DNA of 64,000 bases, taken from assembly GCA_964016885.1 (NCBI GenBank), contig OZ024742.1:59334001-59398000 (forward strand), read 5' to 3'. Position numbers and translations under genes: made by a program. Positions within the stretch are counted from its first letter, which is position 1, and the number at the start of each line of letters is the position of its first letter. The notes under the pieces are model-generated. The model saw only the letters and a list, made by a program, of their open reading frames with translations, did not search any database and had not been told where the DNA came from. Shown here piece by piece: positions 1-14,339 of this stretch. Source of the DNA: Eledone cirrhosa. Its lineage: Eukaryota.

Positions 1-154
1 AATGGAAAACTGATCGTTATACCCGACGAAAATCCATTTCAGTTCATTACTATACCTTATTCCTACTTATCCGCCAAGCGCTTTCCATATAATGACTGAA
101 CCTCAGGAAAATTAAGAGACATTTGTATTTTACAATGTGATTTACCACTTAGTC

Positions 155-275
155 AATGTACGTGACCCGGTCGTTAGACTGTTAGACGTGCAACTATAAG
201 AATATGGTTTCAATTCCTGTAGCAGGTTGCGTGTTGTGGTTTTTGAGAAAAATAATTTATTTTGCATTGCTCCTT
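155..275 (+). mobile_element. degenerate tRNA-derived SINE (family A)
   Basis: Box-B-like GGTTTCAATTCC followed by gcgtgttgtg...gagaaaataatttattttgcattgctcc; similar to the better-preserved copy at 17020-17185. Confidence 0.5.
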
Positions 276-324
276 CTGCTAAGAATTGCGACCGGCAAAT
301 ATTATTAGTAATATTTTATTTTCC

Positions 325-476
325 GATGGCGATGGATTGGCCGAAAGTTTAGAGTCTCAGACAAAAATACTTCGGAGTATTCGATTGGGCATTTTACTTC
401 AGATTCCGCCGAGTAACTTTCTCTATAATCCTTCTAGAGGAGGAAGGGATGGGGCGATAAAATAAACTACCAGTCA
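325..476 (+). mobile_element. degenerate SINE (family B)
   Basis: ttcagattccgccgag...gataaaataaactaccagt resembles the copies at 52360-52560 (+) and 45095-45275 (-). Confidence 0.5.
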
Positions 477-749
477 TCCGCTGACAATAGATTAGAAAGT
501 AAATTTAGCATTTGTTTGATGTGATATTTAAAATTTACGCTGTTTATTTTTAGAGCCTGTATATACACTCTGTGCAAATGTTAAATATTTGTAACACATG
601 ATCGTTATTGATCAGTGTTCGTTTTCATTGAAATTGTCATCAAAACTTTGACATTATAATACATGAGCAGATTTTCAAATTTGCACGTCTGTTTGTTTCC
701 TCCTTCTTCTTCTTCTTCTTCTCCCCCTCCCCTCCTCCTCCTCCTATCA

Positions 750-2790
750 TAATTATTATCATTCGTAACACTTTTGTTGTGGCAGATTTTATCCCGACAC
801 TATACCAAAAAGAGCGAGCCATAGGCAATGACCAAAGGCCCTTCGGGTCATTCTTTCTGCTTCATCTTTATAACACCCACCTTACCATCCTTGCTGTTCC
901 TAGAGATGCTCTTTTCTGTAACACTCCCGTCCTGGTGGTAATTCATAGCATCTCAAACCATGCACCTTTTACTAACTGCTCTCAGTGCCCCAAACACAAC
1001 CGGTACCACTTCTACGTGTCGAATTCTTTATAGTTTCATGATTTCCCTCTTCCCGGCTCAACTTTCTTATTTTCCTTCTCATTCACCCTGTGGTCCCAGT
1101 GTGAAGCAATATCCACAATATATGCCTGGTTATTCTTGTCTTCTACGTCAACAATGTCCGGCCTTCAAGCCACGATAAAATAGTCGCACAAGATCTTATA
1201 TTATTAGTTTCCAGCAACCCTTTGTGGTTGGTGCTCATACCATATCATACTTAGGATAGAGCTTCCAATGAACCAATCTGGAAATGTTGTACCTTCTCTT
1301 GTACTCTTTCTGAACAAACATCTTACATTCACTAATAATATGGTTTATTGTTTCACCTTTCTCAACACACAACTTACATAGCGGGCAATTCACTTACTTG
1401 TCAATATTGAACTTGATATACTTCGTTCTAGGTGCCTGTTCCTGGGTTGCCAAAATAAGGGCTTCAGTGTCAACTTTTGCGTCGCTTTTCCTAGTCCATT
1501 CCTAGTTCTTATTTTTGTCCATACATTTTTTCTATCCTTCTATTTAAGTTGTCATTCTGCCTGTCTTGTTTAAATTCTCCCTTTTCCTTTGATATACCAC
1601 TGCTTAGGACCTTTATCTTTCTTGATCCTGTCATCAACTCTCTATTTTCCTCGGACTTAACACAGCTAAAGAGACCTTTTTCTCCTCTCCGTCTTGATAG
1701 ATACAACCTGACCACGTCACCTTTGGGGTGTAGAACCCTTTTGAGGTGTCATCATTTTCCTGGTCTTTCTAAGAAGCTCCTTAAGTTCATCGCATAAGCG
1801 CTATACTTTAGAGCTGCAATAGCCGATGTGTTCATAGCCAGTATCTTATTCCTAATACTTTAACATCAACTTCACTCCCCTTTGATAATATTCTTTTCAT
1901 TTCCTTCTCTTTCATTTGGTTTGTTTCCAGGGTGCCTTAGTACTTATACACATTGTCGTCAATATCCTTTATAACTTGTCCGTCTAGTAATAACATTCCT
2001 TTTATGTTATCAATTCTACCTCGCTTCAGTAGTAGCACCTCACACTTTTTTAATGCCAAATCCCATTCCTATGTCCGTACTGAATGTATGAACTGTTTGT
2101 ACAAGGGAATCAATATGTTCATATCATTTCCCTTAAAGCCATAAAGTTTTAAGTCATCCATGAACAGCAGGTAGCTTTCCTTAAACTCGTGTCCTCCCCA
2201 CAGTTTTTGGCCTTCTCAACAGTAATGAAAGTGGAACCATACACAATGAAAACAGCTATGACCAATGCCTATCCCCCTCAAATATTCCTCCCTAGATGTT
2301 CACAAAACCCAATGTCTGTCTACATGATGTTAGCCAAGTCTTCCAACCATCCTTACTGCTCACCAGAAACTTAATAACGTTAGCTTCAACATCAAACATT
2401 TGCAAACATTGTACTATCGAACTATGTGGTACCATGTTATAAGCATTGTGGTAATCGATACAGGCCATGACAAGGTTTGTGTGTTCCCTTTTACAAATTC
2501 TAAGGATCGCCTTATCAATCAACAATCGATGCTTAGGCACCCTGCCACTTCTCTTACATCCCTTCTGCTCTTCAGGTTGTGTCTCCTCCAGGTATTTATA
2601 CATTGATTTAGCAATGACACCAGAGAAAATTTCCATATATTCAGTTCCTCAGCAATTCTGCCATGAAAGACCTTCAGCTTTCTCAACCAGAAGCCTTGCA
2701 CACTGTCTCGCCGAGAGCTTGCAAATTCGGTATCTTTCTACACTGGATAGTTACCATATCAGTTGTTTCGCCAATTTTCCCTGTTGATTA
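750..2790 (-). mobile_element. degraded 5'-truncated R4/Dong-like RLE non-LTR retrotransposon
   Basis: ORF 2292-2636 has RT N-terminal motifs ([25 protein letters not shown]) and ORF 2519-2701 has QGFWLRKL. The C-terminus ATTKVLR near 760 parallels GTARTLR of ORF 62834-63634. Many stops and frameshifts. Confidence 0.8.
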
Positions 2791-2952
2791 TTCCTCTCTT
2801 CCAAACACACACACACTCACACAACAACACCTATCTGAGTCAAATTACTTAGATACAGAAACCTGCTCTTCTCTCAGCGAGGAAAAGGAGGAACCCCAAA
2901 AGCCCCACAAATAAAAATAAAACATAAAAACCATAAAACATCTTACACCATT

Positions 2953-3038
<86 letters not shown>

Positions 3039-4890
3039 AAACACCCTGTCAAAACACAGAAACTATATCCACAACAAATACTGACACAGCTACTATAACA
3101 CCACAACCACTGCTACCACCAACACTACCCACAAAACAAAAACACGCAACAACATCAACCAGCCACACAGACACCAAACATTGTGCTAGTAAGAAGGGCC
3201 AACGGAGAATTATTGGCATTCATGGCCCGAAGTAAAGATATTAAAAGGGAAGGATAAATTTTCGACACCACCAATTTCAAAGTGCCACAAACAGTAATGA
3301 TGGAGCGAATGTCAATAGACACGTAAAAACACATCAGGGAGAGCTTACACTACGACGTGAGAACCCTTAATATAAAAGCCACAAGTAGGCTTTTAAAGGG
3401 TTTACAAAGGAAACCCAACTAAATATGAAGATCGAACCACCCAATCTCCTGCAGCAGCCTGAGAGTAAGTAGCACCCACCCATTTGGTTTTCACCTTGCT
3501 CTATCCAGCCAGCATGGCAATTCTAAATGTAGAGTGTATAAATGTACGTGGCATGGGGTCATCCTGGAAGCAAAGTCGCTTGGTAAACAACCCCGGGACA
3601 CTAGCTATGGATGTGACTGCCCTCAGCGAGACAAGGATCTCCGAGATGCGCGTTCTCGCCCCCATTCTTGACAACGCTGATATCTATGCATCTTTCAGTC
3701 GGTCTGGTATTGTAAATCGGGTAGCAGTGCTGTTTAGTAAAGGACTGGATCTGGAGGTACGGACGATCTTGCTTGATTTGGACAGTAAGCTGGTGGTCTT
3801 GGGTGTGAGCAATAGCGAAGGTGATGCTTTCAGACATGTGACCGTCTACGTCCCGACAGAGGCAGGACGGCTAGATTTCTCCAGGCGTCAGGAAGCCTTT
3901 CTAGGAACGTCTCAGATTTATTCTTAGCGTGGGGTGAGAATGGCATATTACACGCACGCTGGGATTGTGCGGCAGTAGCTGATAGAATTGTAGGGCGTAG
4001 CGAAAAAGCCCCAAGAACGTAATCAGGCAACACCAAATGACTGACAGGTACTAAATAAATATCCCAAATGCGCTTGTTTGCATCAGGATTAATCGCATAG
4101 CGTTATCTAGATCGTAATTAGATAGGTTTTTGACTAGGTTAATAGATAGGGATAGCATACGGTGTTCCCGATTTCAAAAGGTCACCTATTCAGACCACAA
4201 ATCTGTGATCTGCAAGGTCAACCTAGATAGTACACGTAGACAGGAACTCACTTACTGAATGTTTAACGAATCGTTCTTGGCGTGCAAAGCGTACAGCCAC
4301 TGGATTAGCACATTTTTTAAGTATCAGCTGACAGGGCAGTCGTCAACATCAGGAGAAGGGACGCTCTCAAGAAAGGGATTAGTGTAAGATCAATAGCACT
4401 TTGTAAAGAAATAGCTAAATTAGAAGAAGCGATTAGGAGTGGAATTGCAAACAACGTGCTAGCTGCGAGATTGGTACTGAAACATTTCTTAAATGTGAAA
4501 CAAGAAACCAAAGAACGAAAGCCGTTCCATGGGCTCGAGTGGAAGAGACATAACATGTCTACAAAGCCACAATTCGGTCTTGGGCGGACCGAGATGGGCG
4601 CGTACTAGTCGATTCCAAGCAGATGTGTGCGTATTCCCGGCTGAACGTTGAGCAACTGTTCGGGACAAGCAGAATTTGGAGAAGGTAGCGAGGTGTGCCG
4701 CGACTCTCGACAACTGATAGAGGTTGCTGCGAAAGGCCGATAACAGCAGCCGAGAACGTGAAACCCTGACCGGCTGTACGAGGCGCAAATCGCCCTGTTT
4801 GGATGGCTTGCCCAATGACTTTTACATAGATATGTCAAACTTGTTCGGCAACGTCTTCGAACAACTTCTTCGGGCAAAGATCAATCCGGA
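2790..4890 (+). mobile_element. old degraded Tx1/L1-clade LINE (ORF1 tail, APE endonuclease, start of RT)
   Basis: ORF 3484-3927 has APE motifs (INVRGMG, ALSETR, VYVP) and 4724-4948 has KSPCLDGLP. Colinear with the copies at 22400-26922 and 28411-34220. Confidence 0.85.
2957..3036. repeat. (CA)n microsatellite
   Basis: Directly visible. Confidence 0.97.
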
Positions 4891-6339
4891 AAAGAGCTTT
4901 TCTAGCAGAACTTTAATCCTTACACCTATAACAAAGATGGCAAAGTGACCAACTGAATGATGTAGTGAAACGCCTGTATACGACATATGTAAATTTTGTA
5001 TATTGCAACTCATCCCTCAGACTTAGTGCTTTGCCAACTTTGGATGTTTGTTACGAAATACACTACTTTGGGCTTTAGAGAAAATATCATATAAATATAT
5101 GACATTTTGTATAAAGCCCAAATTGAACTGTCAACCGAAGTGATGGATAAAATTGTTCTATGTGAGTCAACATTTCCGAATCAACTGAGGATTGGCAATA
5201 TGTTTCTAAATCAATTTATCCAAAATAGTGTGAATTCACGTGATTCTATTAATATATGGCATTAATATATCCAGGTTATGCCGGGTAGTGTAACTCCTAA
5301 TAAAACAGTACGACACAACCACATCAGCATATTCTCATAATATCGTAGTTAAGTATAATAACAGCCCCAGTGTTGCACACAATTTTATTAGATTATATTG
5401 ATAGATATAATAATTACATTTTATGTAATTTTTGTTCACCACCAATAAATGATTACATATATTTTTGCGTTGCATTTCATATTCGTTGTTTTTATATCCA
5501 TATTTTGTATGTATTTTCTATACTATTTTATTTACCAACGACTATTAAAGAAGCAACAATCAGATAACAAATGTGCACTCTTTCCATCTCTAATTACTCA
5601 GAGTGTAGCGGTACAATAGCTCATGTTATTGGCTTATTAATATTTGCACTGGTCAGAAAAAAGTCTAATATGAAATACATTAACATGTATAATGAAAGCA
5701 ACATATTGAACTATGTGAAAGAAGGTATTTGGTTTATTTTATGTAATAATCTTACTGAAGAATGAGTATTAGAAATAAAACAGAAAAATATCAGACGTAG
5801 ACTTATGCTTAGAAAATTGCTTTGAAGTCAGATAGATCTCTGATGGAATCCGCTGCTGAACTGGGCGAATGGGTTTTACTGTAGAACCTGGTTGACCAAC
5901 GAATGTTTTGTTAGAGGAATTTGTTCGACGAGAGCTATACGGAAATTCGAAGTAACGTGGCTATCTTAGGCTTGATCACTGCTAGAGTAGACTTTGAAAT
6001 TTTCGGTAGTAAGCAACTTTGATGAGAAATTATTTATAATAATATATTATGAATAATTTGAATATATTTTGTGCATTCATTTTTAGCGTTATTTTTTAGC
6101 GTTATTTCTTTTACCTATTTTACGGAAACTCATCACCCCCCCCACACACACACATGCACACACACATACATACACACGCACATACACACACACACACATA
6201 TATATATATAGGTCCGAAAATCGATTAAAGGGTTTTTTATTTTTTTTATTTACAGAGAAATTCGTATTTACTAAAAATATGTATATTTATATATTCATTG
6301 TTGCAGTTTCGGTTACCGACTCTGATATAAATAAATATA

Positions 6340-6397
<58 letters not shown>

Positions 6398-6477
6398 AAA
6401 ATTGAACGGGAACAAAACAGAGGCAATACGAATAAAGGTTTAATAGTTTCACGCTCTTGAGAGTAGGGTGGTGGTGG

Positions 6478-6515
6478 GGAACGACGTTTCGGGAATAAGC
6501 CCTTCTTCAGGCGAA
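6478..6515 (-). ncRNA. degenerate minimal type I hammerhead ribozyme (PLE pLTR type)
   Basis: Minus strand reads CUGAAGA-A-GGG-cuuauu-CCC-GAA-ACGU-C. Stem I is nearly unpaired. It lies in a (TA)n-flanked segment at about 6395-6860. Confidence 0.55.
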
Positions 6516-6855
6516 AAGTGTGTGGGAAGAGAGTTCCAAGGGTGTGTTGGGGAGAGACATTTAGAAAAAAGGGGGTGAGAGGAAACGGTACAAATGAAAA
6601 TAAATATAAAAGCATAATAAAAATAAAATTAAACATGAAGTTAGACAAGTGGTGGAAGGGCGTGTAGGGGTGGTGGCGGGTGGAGTGGGGAGAGGGAGGC
6701 GGGGTGTCCGATCGGGGAGGGCTGAAGGTGGTGTGTGTGTGTAGGTGTACGTGTGTGTGTATGTGTGTGTATGTGAATGTGAGAGTTGGGGGAAGAACGG
6801 GGTTGCATGTTCCGGAAAAGGTGTGTGTGGGGTGTAGGTCGGTGTGTGTGTGCGT

Positions 6856-6893
<38 letters not shown>

Positions 6894-7151
6894 TATATAC
6901 ATCCCTTTTATTCATTCTGTGGGTTTTTATAACTTCAACTAATAGGATAAAATTTGCTTAGTCAAAAATACGACGAAAGCACTATTTTACTAGCTCTCGC
7001 TCTCTCTCTCTCTATATATATATAGTTGTTGTATTGTTGTAATAAATGCGTCCGTAGGCGGTATGCCGTTTGAGCACTCGATGCTCGCGCAGAGCAGAGT
7101 ATATTATTATAGATAACCAGGAATCAGTGATGCATCAAAACACAATTTATT

Positions 7152-7245
7152 AACATATTACATATGTTTCTCCGATGATCAGCTCAAGGCAGGATCTAAT
7201 ACAGATCGAACCTGATTCTGCATTCACAAGGTCCTCAGATATGTT
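7152..7245 (-). ncRNA. type I hammerhead ribozyme with large branched stem II
   Basis: Minus strand: AACAUAU-CUGAGGA-[~60 nt]-GAA-ACAUAUGU-A-AUAUGUU-aauaaa. Stem I is a perfect 7 bp and stem III is palindromic. Confidence 0.8.
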
Positions 7246-7326
7246 TTGTGCTTTCAGAGCATTTCATCCGGATGAAAGCATATACATATGTATATATATA
7301 TATGTATATATATATATGTATATATA

Positions 7327-7363
<37 letters not shown>

Positions 7364-8951
7364 TCTGTGAGTGTATGTGTGTGCGTGTAGCGAAAGAAAT
7401 GTTTTCCCATGGTGTGTTTTCTTTATGGACACGACCAGGAAAGGAGTGACCTCCTACCTCGCAGGGAAAACAATAGACAAATTTCCCTTGTGGAAGGATT
7501 ATGGCTCCAATTGTACGGAAGGAGGGCATTTTCTAAGGACATCTGCTTTCTGTAATGTAACTAGCGATCAACACTCTCTGACACATCACCTGCTTGACAA
7601 CACAGCCTGTTACCTACAGCTTACTAATACGACTATTTCTGTGGCAACATAATCGCTAAACTTGTCCCTTTTTAAGAGAATATCCCGTGATGAATAAAGT
7701 TTCTCTCGCACAAGACAGAATCCTTATTGAACACTATATCATTCGTGAACACTATAATCAACGGTTGCATTTACGATTCGAAGCAGTCGTATTTTCCCCT
7801 CTTTATTTTGAGGTGAATAAAGCTATATATTAAACCAGAATTATATTTACTTGTCGTGTCATCATTTCTTCGACAACAAATAGACTTCGCTTTATATATA
7901 TGCCTAATGTAGCCTGGTGTATCACAGTACACTGAGTTTTGTCCGCAAACTTCAAACGGAAATTTAACTATTTAAACAAATCACGAAGGCTAACCTCACA
8001 CTGAAAAGAAGCCAAAACCCCAGCTTCAGATATTAGAAGACAGATATTCAATATGAGCACCAAACCACTAAAACTACTGCAAACGTCATAGAAACCATAT
8101 TACATCTAATAACCTGATAGAAAACATTTCGACACTAGAAATGCTACAGTCACACCATATCCACAAACGTGTATATATACACATATGAACACAAACGACA
8201 TTTATACAGATAATTACCAAACAATGAATATAAAACCACCCGCTTCTCTTGTGTGGTGTAAAGTATGATTAATTTAGTATAAATATATATATATAAGTGT
8301 GTGTCAACCACTTATTGTTCCGCCCACTTTCTTCCTGCCATATATACTTTGAATTGTATATCTCATATATATAGGGAAGCGTACGCAGCTACATTCACAC
8401 ATACACCCAGATACACGCACACACCCAGATACACACGCGCACACACACACACATATATATATATCTGCTCGCACATACATGTATGTTCGTAGAAGAGCAT
8501 CTGTAACGAATTTCTAAAAAGATGGCGATAAAAAACAGAATTTTTGATATTTCGTATTATGTGTTGCTCCTCGTTAGATGGTACACCTTTGTATATTGAT
8601 TACTTTAGAGAGTGAGAGAGAGAGAGGGAGAAAAGATATACACCACCCCATATATATATATATATATATACTCACACACACAAATATATATATATATATT
8701 TATATTTATATTTACAGAGAGGGGAAGAACGATATATACTGAATGGTAGAGAAAGAGAAAGTGCTCTAACATGAATAAGAGAGAGAAAGAGAGAGAGAGA
8801 GAGAGAGGGGGGGGTCTAGAAAATGCAACAACAATCTTTTAGTTTCTGTCAGAATACAAAACTAATTGGAATCTCTTTCCCGATACTCGTAGCTTCACAA
8901 TCCAATTAAATCTACCTTATGAAATTATATATATACTGTATATATATATAT

Positions 8952-9112
8952 ACAGGTGTTGGACAAAATAATGGAAACACCTAGCATCATAGCATCATAA
9001 TTTTGAAATATCTATAAAACCGTCAAAAACTTTATTTTTATGTTTTTTTAAAATTTATTATTAGTGTTGCTTAATATATTTTTTTCAAATTGCTGTTTCT
9101 TTTCAGATATCA
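8952..9112. mobile_element. Tc1/mariner-like terminal fragment (single end)
   Basis: TA followed by CAGGTGTTGGACAAAATAATGGAAACA, a typical Tc1-type TIR start. No partner TIR found. Confidence 0.45.
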
Positions 9113-12100
9113 TGTATATAGTCAATGTGTGGTAGTCAATGTGTGTATATGCCAGTGTGTATATTATTTGAAGAAAAAAACAACAAATTGTTAAAAAATT
9201 ATAAGGCAATGCATGTAAATATATATGTATTTATAAATATAAAAAATATTTATAAATATCTATGGAGACTTATGTATGCATATACATACACATATATATG
9301 AATCTACGTCCATATATTGGTGTATCATATCTCATATTTGAGGTTGTTTGACCACACACATATATATGTGTATTTGTGTAGTATAAACATGCACTTGTAT
9401 ATATATTTTTATCTCTGTTTCTGTCTTTAGCAACACACACATACATTTACACATATACAATACGTAGCTACATATATGGGGTGCTTCATATCTCTCATTA
9501 GTAGTTGTCTGTCTATTAACCTTATGATATTTACTAAAATGATATTCTGTTATGTAAAGAGTATTGTAAGTGTTAACAATTTAACATTTTACTTTAAAAT
9601 GTATGAAATACGTTTATAACATATTTGATTATTTTCATTTTCTTATAATTCGGGTCATCGTTTCCTACAATATACCGTCTGTAACAACAGGTGGCAAATT
9701 GCTAGAGGCGTTAGGGCGTCGTATTAAAAATGTTTTGTTAATTGTTCCGGTCAAATACCACATATGACTACGAATAAAGAGTCATAGAATTACATGTGTC
9801 GATTTTTACTTACTCCCAATCCGAGAGAAAAAAAACAACAACAGCCGTGATCACATCTGGAGAAAGAAATGGCTCTGCCAAGTTTAAATCCTTTTCGTGC
9901 CCATATGACTATATCTGGGGTTAAGGGGCATTTGGCCTTTTGAAAATCATACACTCAGGTGTGAGCCCCGCGAGTTGGAGTGGCTTTTCCAGCGCGTCTC
10001 CGTTGCCATCCTCCGGGGAAACGCCTTCTCCACCCTGTCCGCCGAGGCTGTGTGTGTGGGGGGGGGGGGGGGGGGCATCGCGTATCATTCCATATTTAAG
10101 TATGGTGAATGAAGAATATGTGCCAATAACAGTATCCCACACATAGTTTCTTTCTTTTACTGGTATTAGTCATTAGACGGCAGCCATGCTGTGAAATCGT
10201 CTTGATGAGATTCATTCGACAATCTCTAACCAAGTAATTATTTTTTACAAGACTACTACTTATTTTATAGATCTTTTGTTGAACCGCTAAGTTACAGGTC
10301 ATAAATAAGCAGTAAACGCTGAAACTGACATGCCCCCGCCCCACATATATATAATTATATTACATTAACGTAAAGTGTCATTTAGGAAGAAAACGAGGGA
10401 GATACTAAAAAAACACAAAGTAGTGAAGTTTGGGTGTGGAATGAGAGTTTCCGTGTAATTCGTACATATCGTTTTCAGTGGATTGAATCATTGATATCCA
10501 GAAATTCTTATCCTGGGGCCTTTGGTATTTTGCAGTTCTTGAGTATAAATCTATATGTGCATCAGCGACAATTGGAGAAATCGGCGCGTATTTCAAAGAT
10601 TTCGGGGGGGGGGGGGGGCTACAAAACAAACCCGGCTGTAAGGAAGAGTAATTGACCATAGGAGAGATTCAAAACCATACCTTCCCCTTATAAATTACTC
10701 TTATTCCATCCTCGTTGTTTTCTATTCCTCTAGAAATCTCTAGCATAAGCACCTATTGTTTCAATCATACTTCGACTTATAACTCTTTCATATTCTGCTC
10801 AATTAATTTTGGTCATCATTTTATAGAGAATAAATGTTGTATGAAATAAACTGCAAAACGAAAAGTGTTGGCATGATATCGTATAATTATCTTACCAAAA
10901 ATAGTTTTTCTTTTTTTATATACTTGTATGCACTGTTATATGCATTCTGAACGACACACACATACTGCTTTCACGACAGAACATTGATATTTATATCGAA
11001 CGCACTGGGCGTGAAAGCGTTAAAACGTATCGACAATCGTTGTGCATTATATTAGTTATGGAGAAGAAGGGTATGGCATTGACCGTCAATATTTTCAGAA
11101 GATCCAGGACTGTTGTGTGAGAGAAAGGGAGATATCCTAAAACCGGAGACCTGAATCGAGTGGTTGCAAAAGTGTGTACTTCTCTAAAGGCAACAAAAAG
11201 CTAGTTTGTTCGTGTAAAGCCAAGCGACGGAGTAAGTTTACCACACAACGTAAAAAACAGGAAGAAGTACGGCAATACGTCTCATCCAATACTCTAGCAT
11301 TTCTACTAGTTCACCACTATGGACTATTATTTTATAAATTCAAATCAAATATTATTAGAGAACATCATTAAAAAAAACAGGAACATAATTTCTGGTAACT
11401 ACGACAATTAATCTTTCAAAACAAACATGTTTTTATAGATAGAAATATTTCACATGGCCTTCAGAGTTCTACTTCTTCCCAATTAAAAATATATAATTTT
11501 CCTTAACAAACTGTTTTTAATCATAACAAAAATGAACTTAGCTCTTAATCGAAATGGATAGGCTCATATTTGTATATGCTTCATTCTGTTACCAATAGAT
11601 ACAAGTTTAATATGTTTTAAATGAAAGCCTTTGCCATAAAGTGTACATTCTTGTTGGAAAGAATATCAGTTCACTGCTGATAATGGCTTGCAATTGTATA
11701 ATACAACAACATATAAATACAAATTCCTACTGTCATTTGTTCTGGTAATCGTCTTAAAGTACAATTAGTCAGGATGATGTAATATTTGGTGTGCTATGTG
11801 AAAGAACTGATAAGACAACATTAAACTGGACATTAGTAATGTAGGATTATATGTGTACGCATTGTAATGCTATGTAGCATAAGTGAATAACAATTGGATG
11901 ACTGGAAACTTTCCACGCTGGAATCGGTTACAACGTATCTGACTACTTGACAAATATTTGCTTGAAAACCCATGTGACGAATAGTAGAATAAATTGTAAA
12001 ATCAAATTATTGGTGCTGTTAAATAGCTATGTTTCGTACTTATTCTCTCCCCACTCTCTTTCTCTTACATATAGAAGCACTGCAACTGTTATGAATGTTC

Positions 12101-12383
12101 CTAATATATCTTTTACTAAATGTGGTGTAATTTATTCTTGTGCATACACATTCCCATGACTATGGCTTCCTTCTTCGTCTATTTTTCTTCTTCATTAAAT
12201 TTAATTATCTTCTCGTCTTCGGTGGTTTTTAGTCATTCTAGCTTTTGCCTATTGGCACACACATAAACCAGATTGCAAAAGTACACCAATGACGCCCCAT
12301 TTATATACATGTATAAACGCACACACACACGCACACATGTATATATATATATATATATGCATACACACACACATATATACACA

Positions 12384-12474
<91 letters not shown>

Positions 12475-13407
12475 TATGTGTCTATATATATGTATATATA
12501 TCCATATATTTATTGAGAAAATAATGTTAACATTTTAAACATTTTTAAAATATATACATCAAACTTACAGTACACAACAAAAATAAATTAATCTATAGAA
12601 AGTAAATGATATATTTTGTATAAAAATATATGTGGGTTTTCATAAATGGCTATGATTATCTAATTATTTTTTGTACTAGCCTGTTTCTCTATGCATTGCT
12701 TTTCAGAATGTTATTTTAATTTGTGCTTTATTCAATATGATATACAACGACGTATGACACATGTTCAATATTAACACAACTTAAAATAAAACTTTGAAAA
12801 ATCTCTCATAGTAAAACAGGTTAATACAAAAACTAATTAGATAATCGTGGTAATGAATACCTGAACCACGCAGTGCCCTGCGTTATGTCCTAGAACAAGG
12901 TATTCTATTTTAGGTAGCTCCAGTCTATTGTGTAGTATTTTAGCCGAGGAGCGACATATAAGCTAAAATACTACACAAGTAGAAAGAGAGACGTCACTTA
13001 TGATAGTATTTCAGACTAGCAGTAAAGCCCGGCGTTGCTCGGGGCTGCTCAGTAGCTGTGTTAAAGTTACACTGTTAAGTTCCTTTCTTGGCTTAAAAAC
13101 TGTAGAGTCTTCAGTGTAGACTTTCAATATTCCCTCAACCAACAATATGCCTAATGAAGTTAAGAAAACATAACCATAACCCGAATGTTAAAACAAAAGA
13201 GGATGCTGGGGATAAAAACTGCACTGGTAATTTATTAACAAAAATCGAAAATGTAAACACTGCAACATTTGTCTCAGAGAAAAACATCAGCGTAACCAAA
13301 CTATCAGTTATTTTGAAACAAAGAAATTGGATGGACATGAAAAAAAAAGAAGAAAAAATGCGTTATCCGAAGTCGAGGGAGCAGGCAGCATCAAAGAGGT
13401 TCACACC

Positions 13408-14234
<827 letters not shown>

Positions 14235-14339
14235 TTTATTGTCGAGTGCAATGTCTCTATGCACATCTGAAGGTACTTTGCCGTTGCCAAGAATGAGAAG
14301 GTCTTCAGCAAATATTTCAAACGCAGTATCGCCATGCAG

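Noticed and set aside
5765-5970. ~65-codon open stretch on the minus strand as a possible host exon
   Set aside because: Weak splice acceptor, no recognisable domain and no partner exons.
6210-6325. GAAA plus palindrome half-motifs (gaaaatcgatta; minus-strand gaaactgca)
   Set aside because: No CUGAnGA half is present; at most these are truncated remnants.
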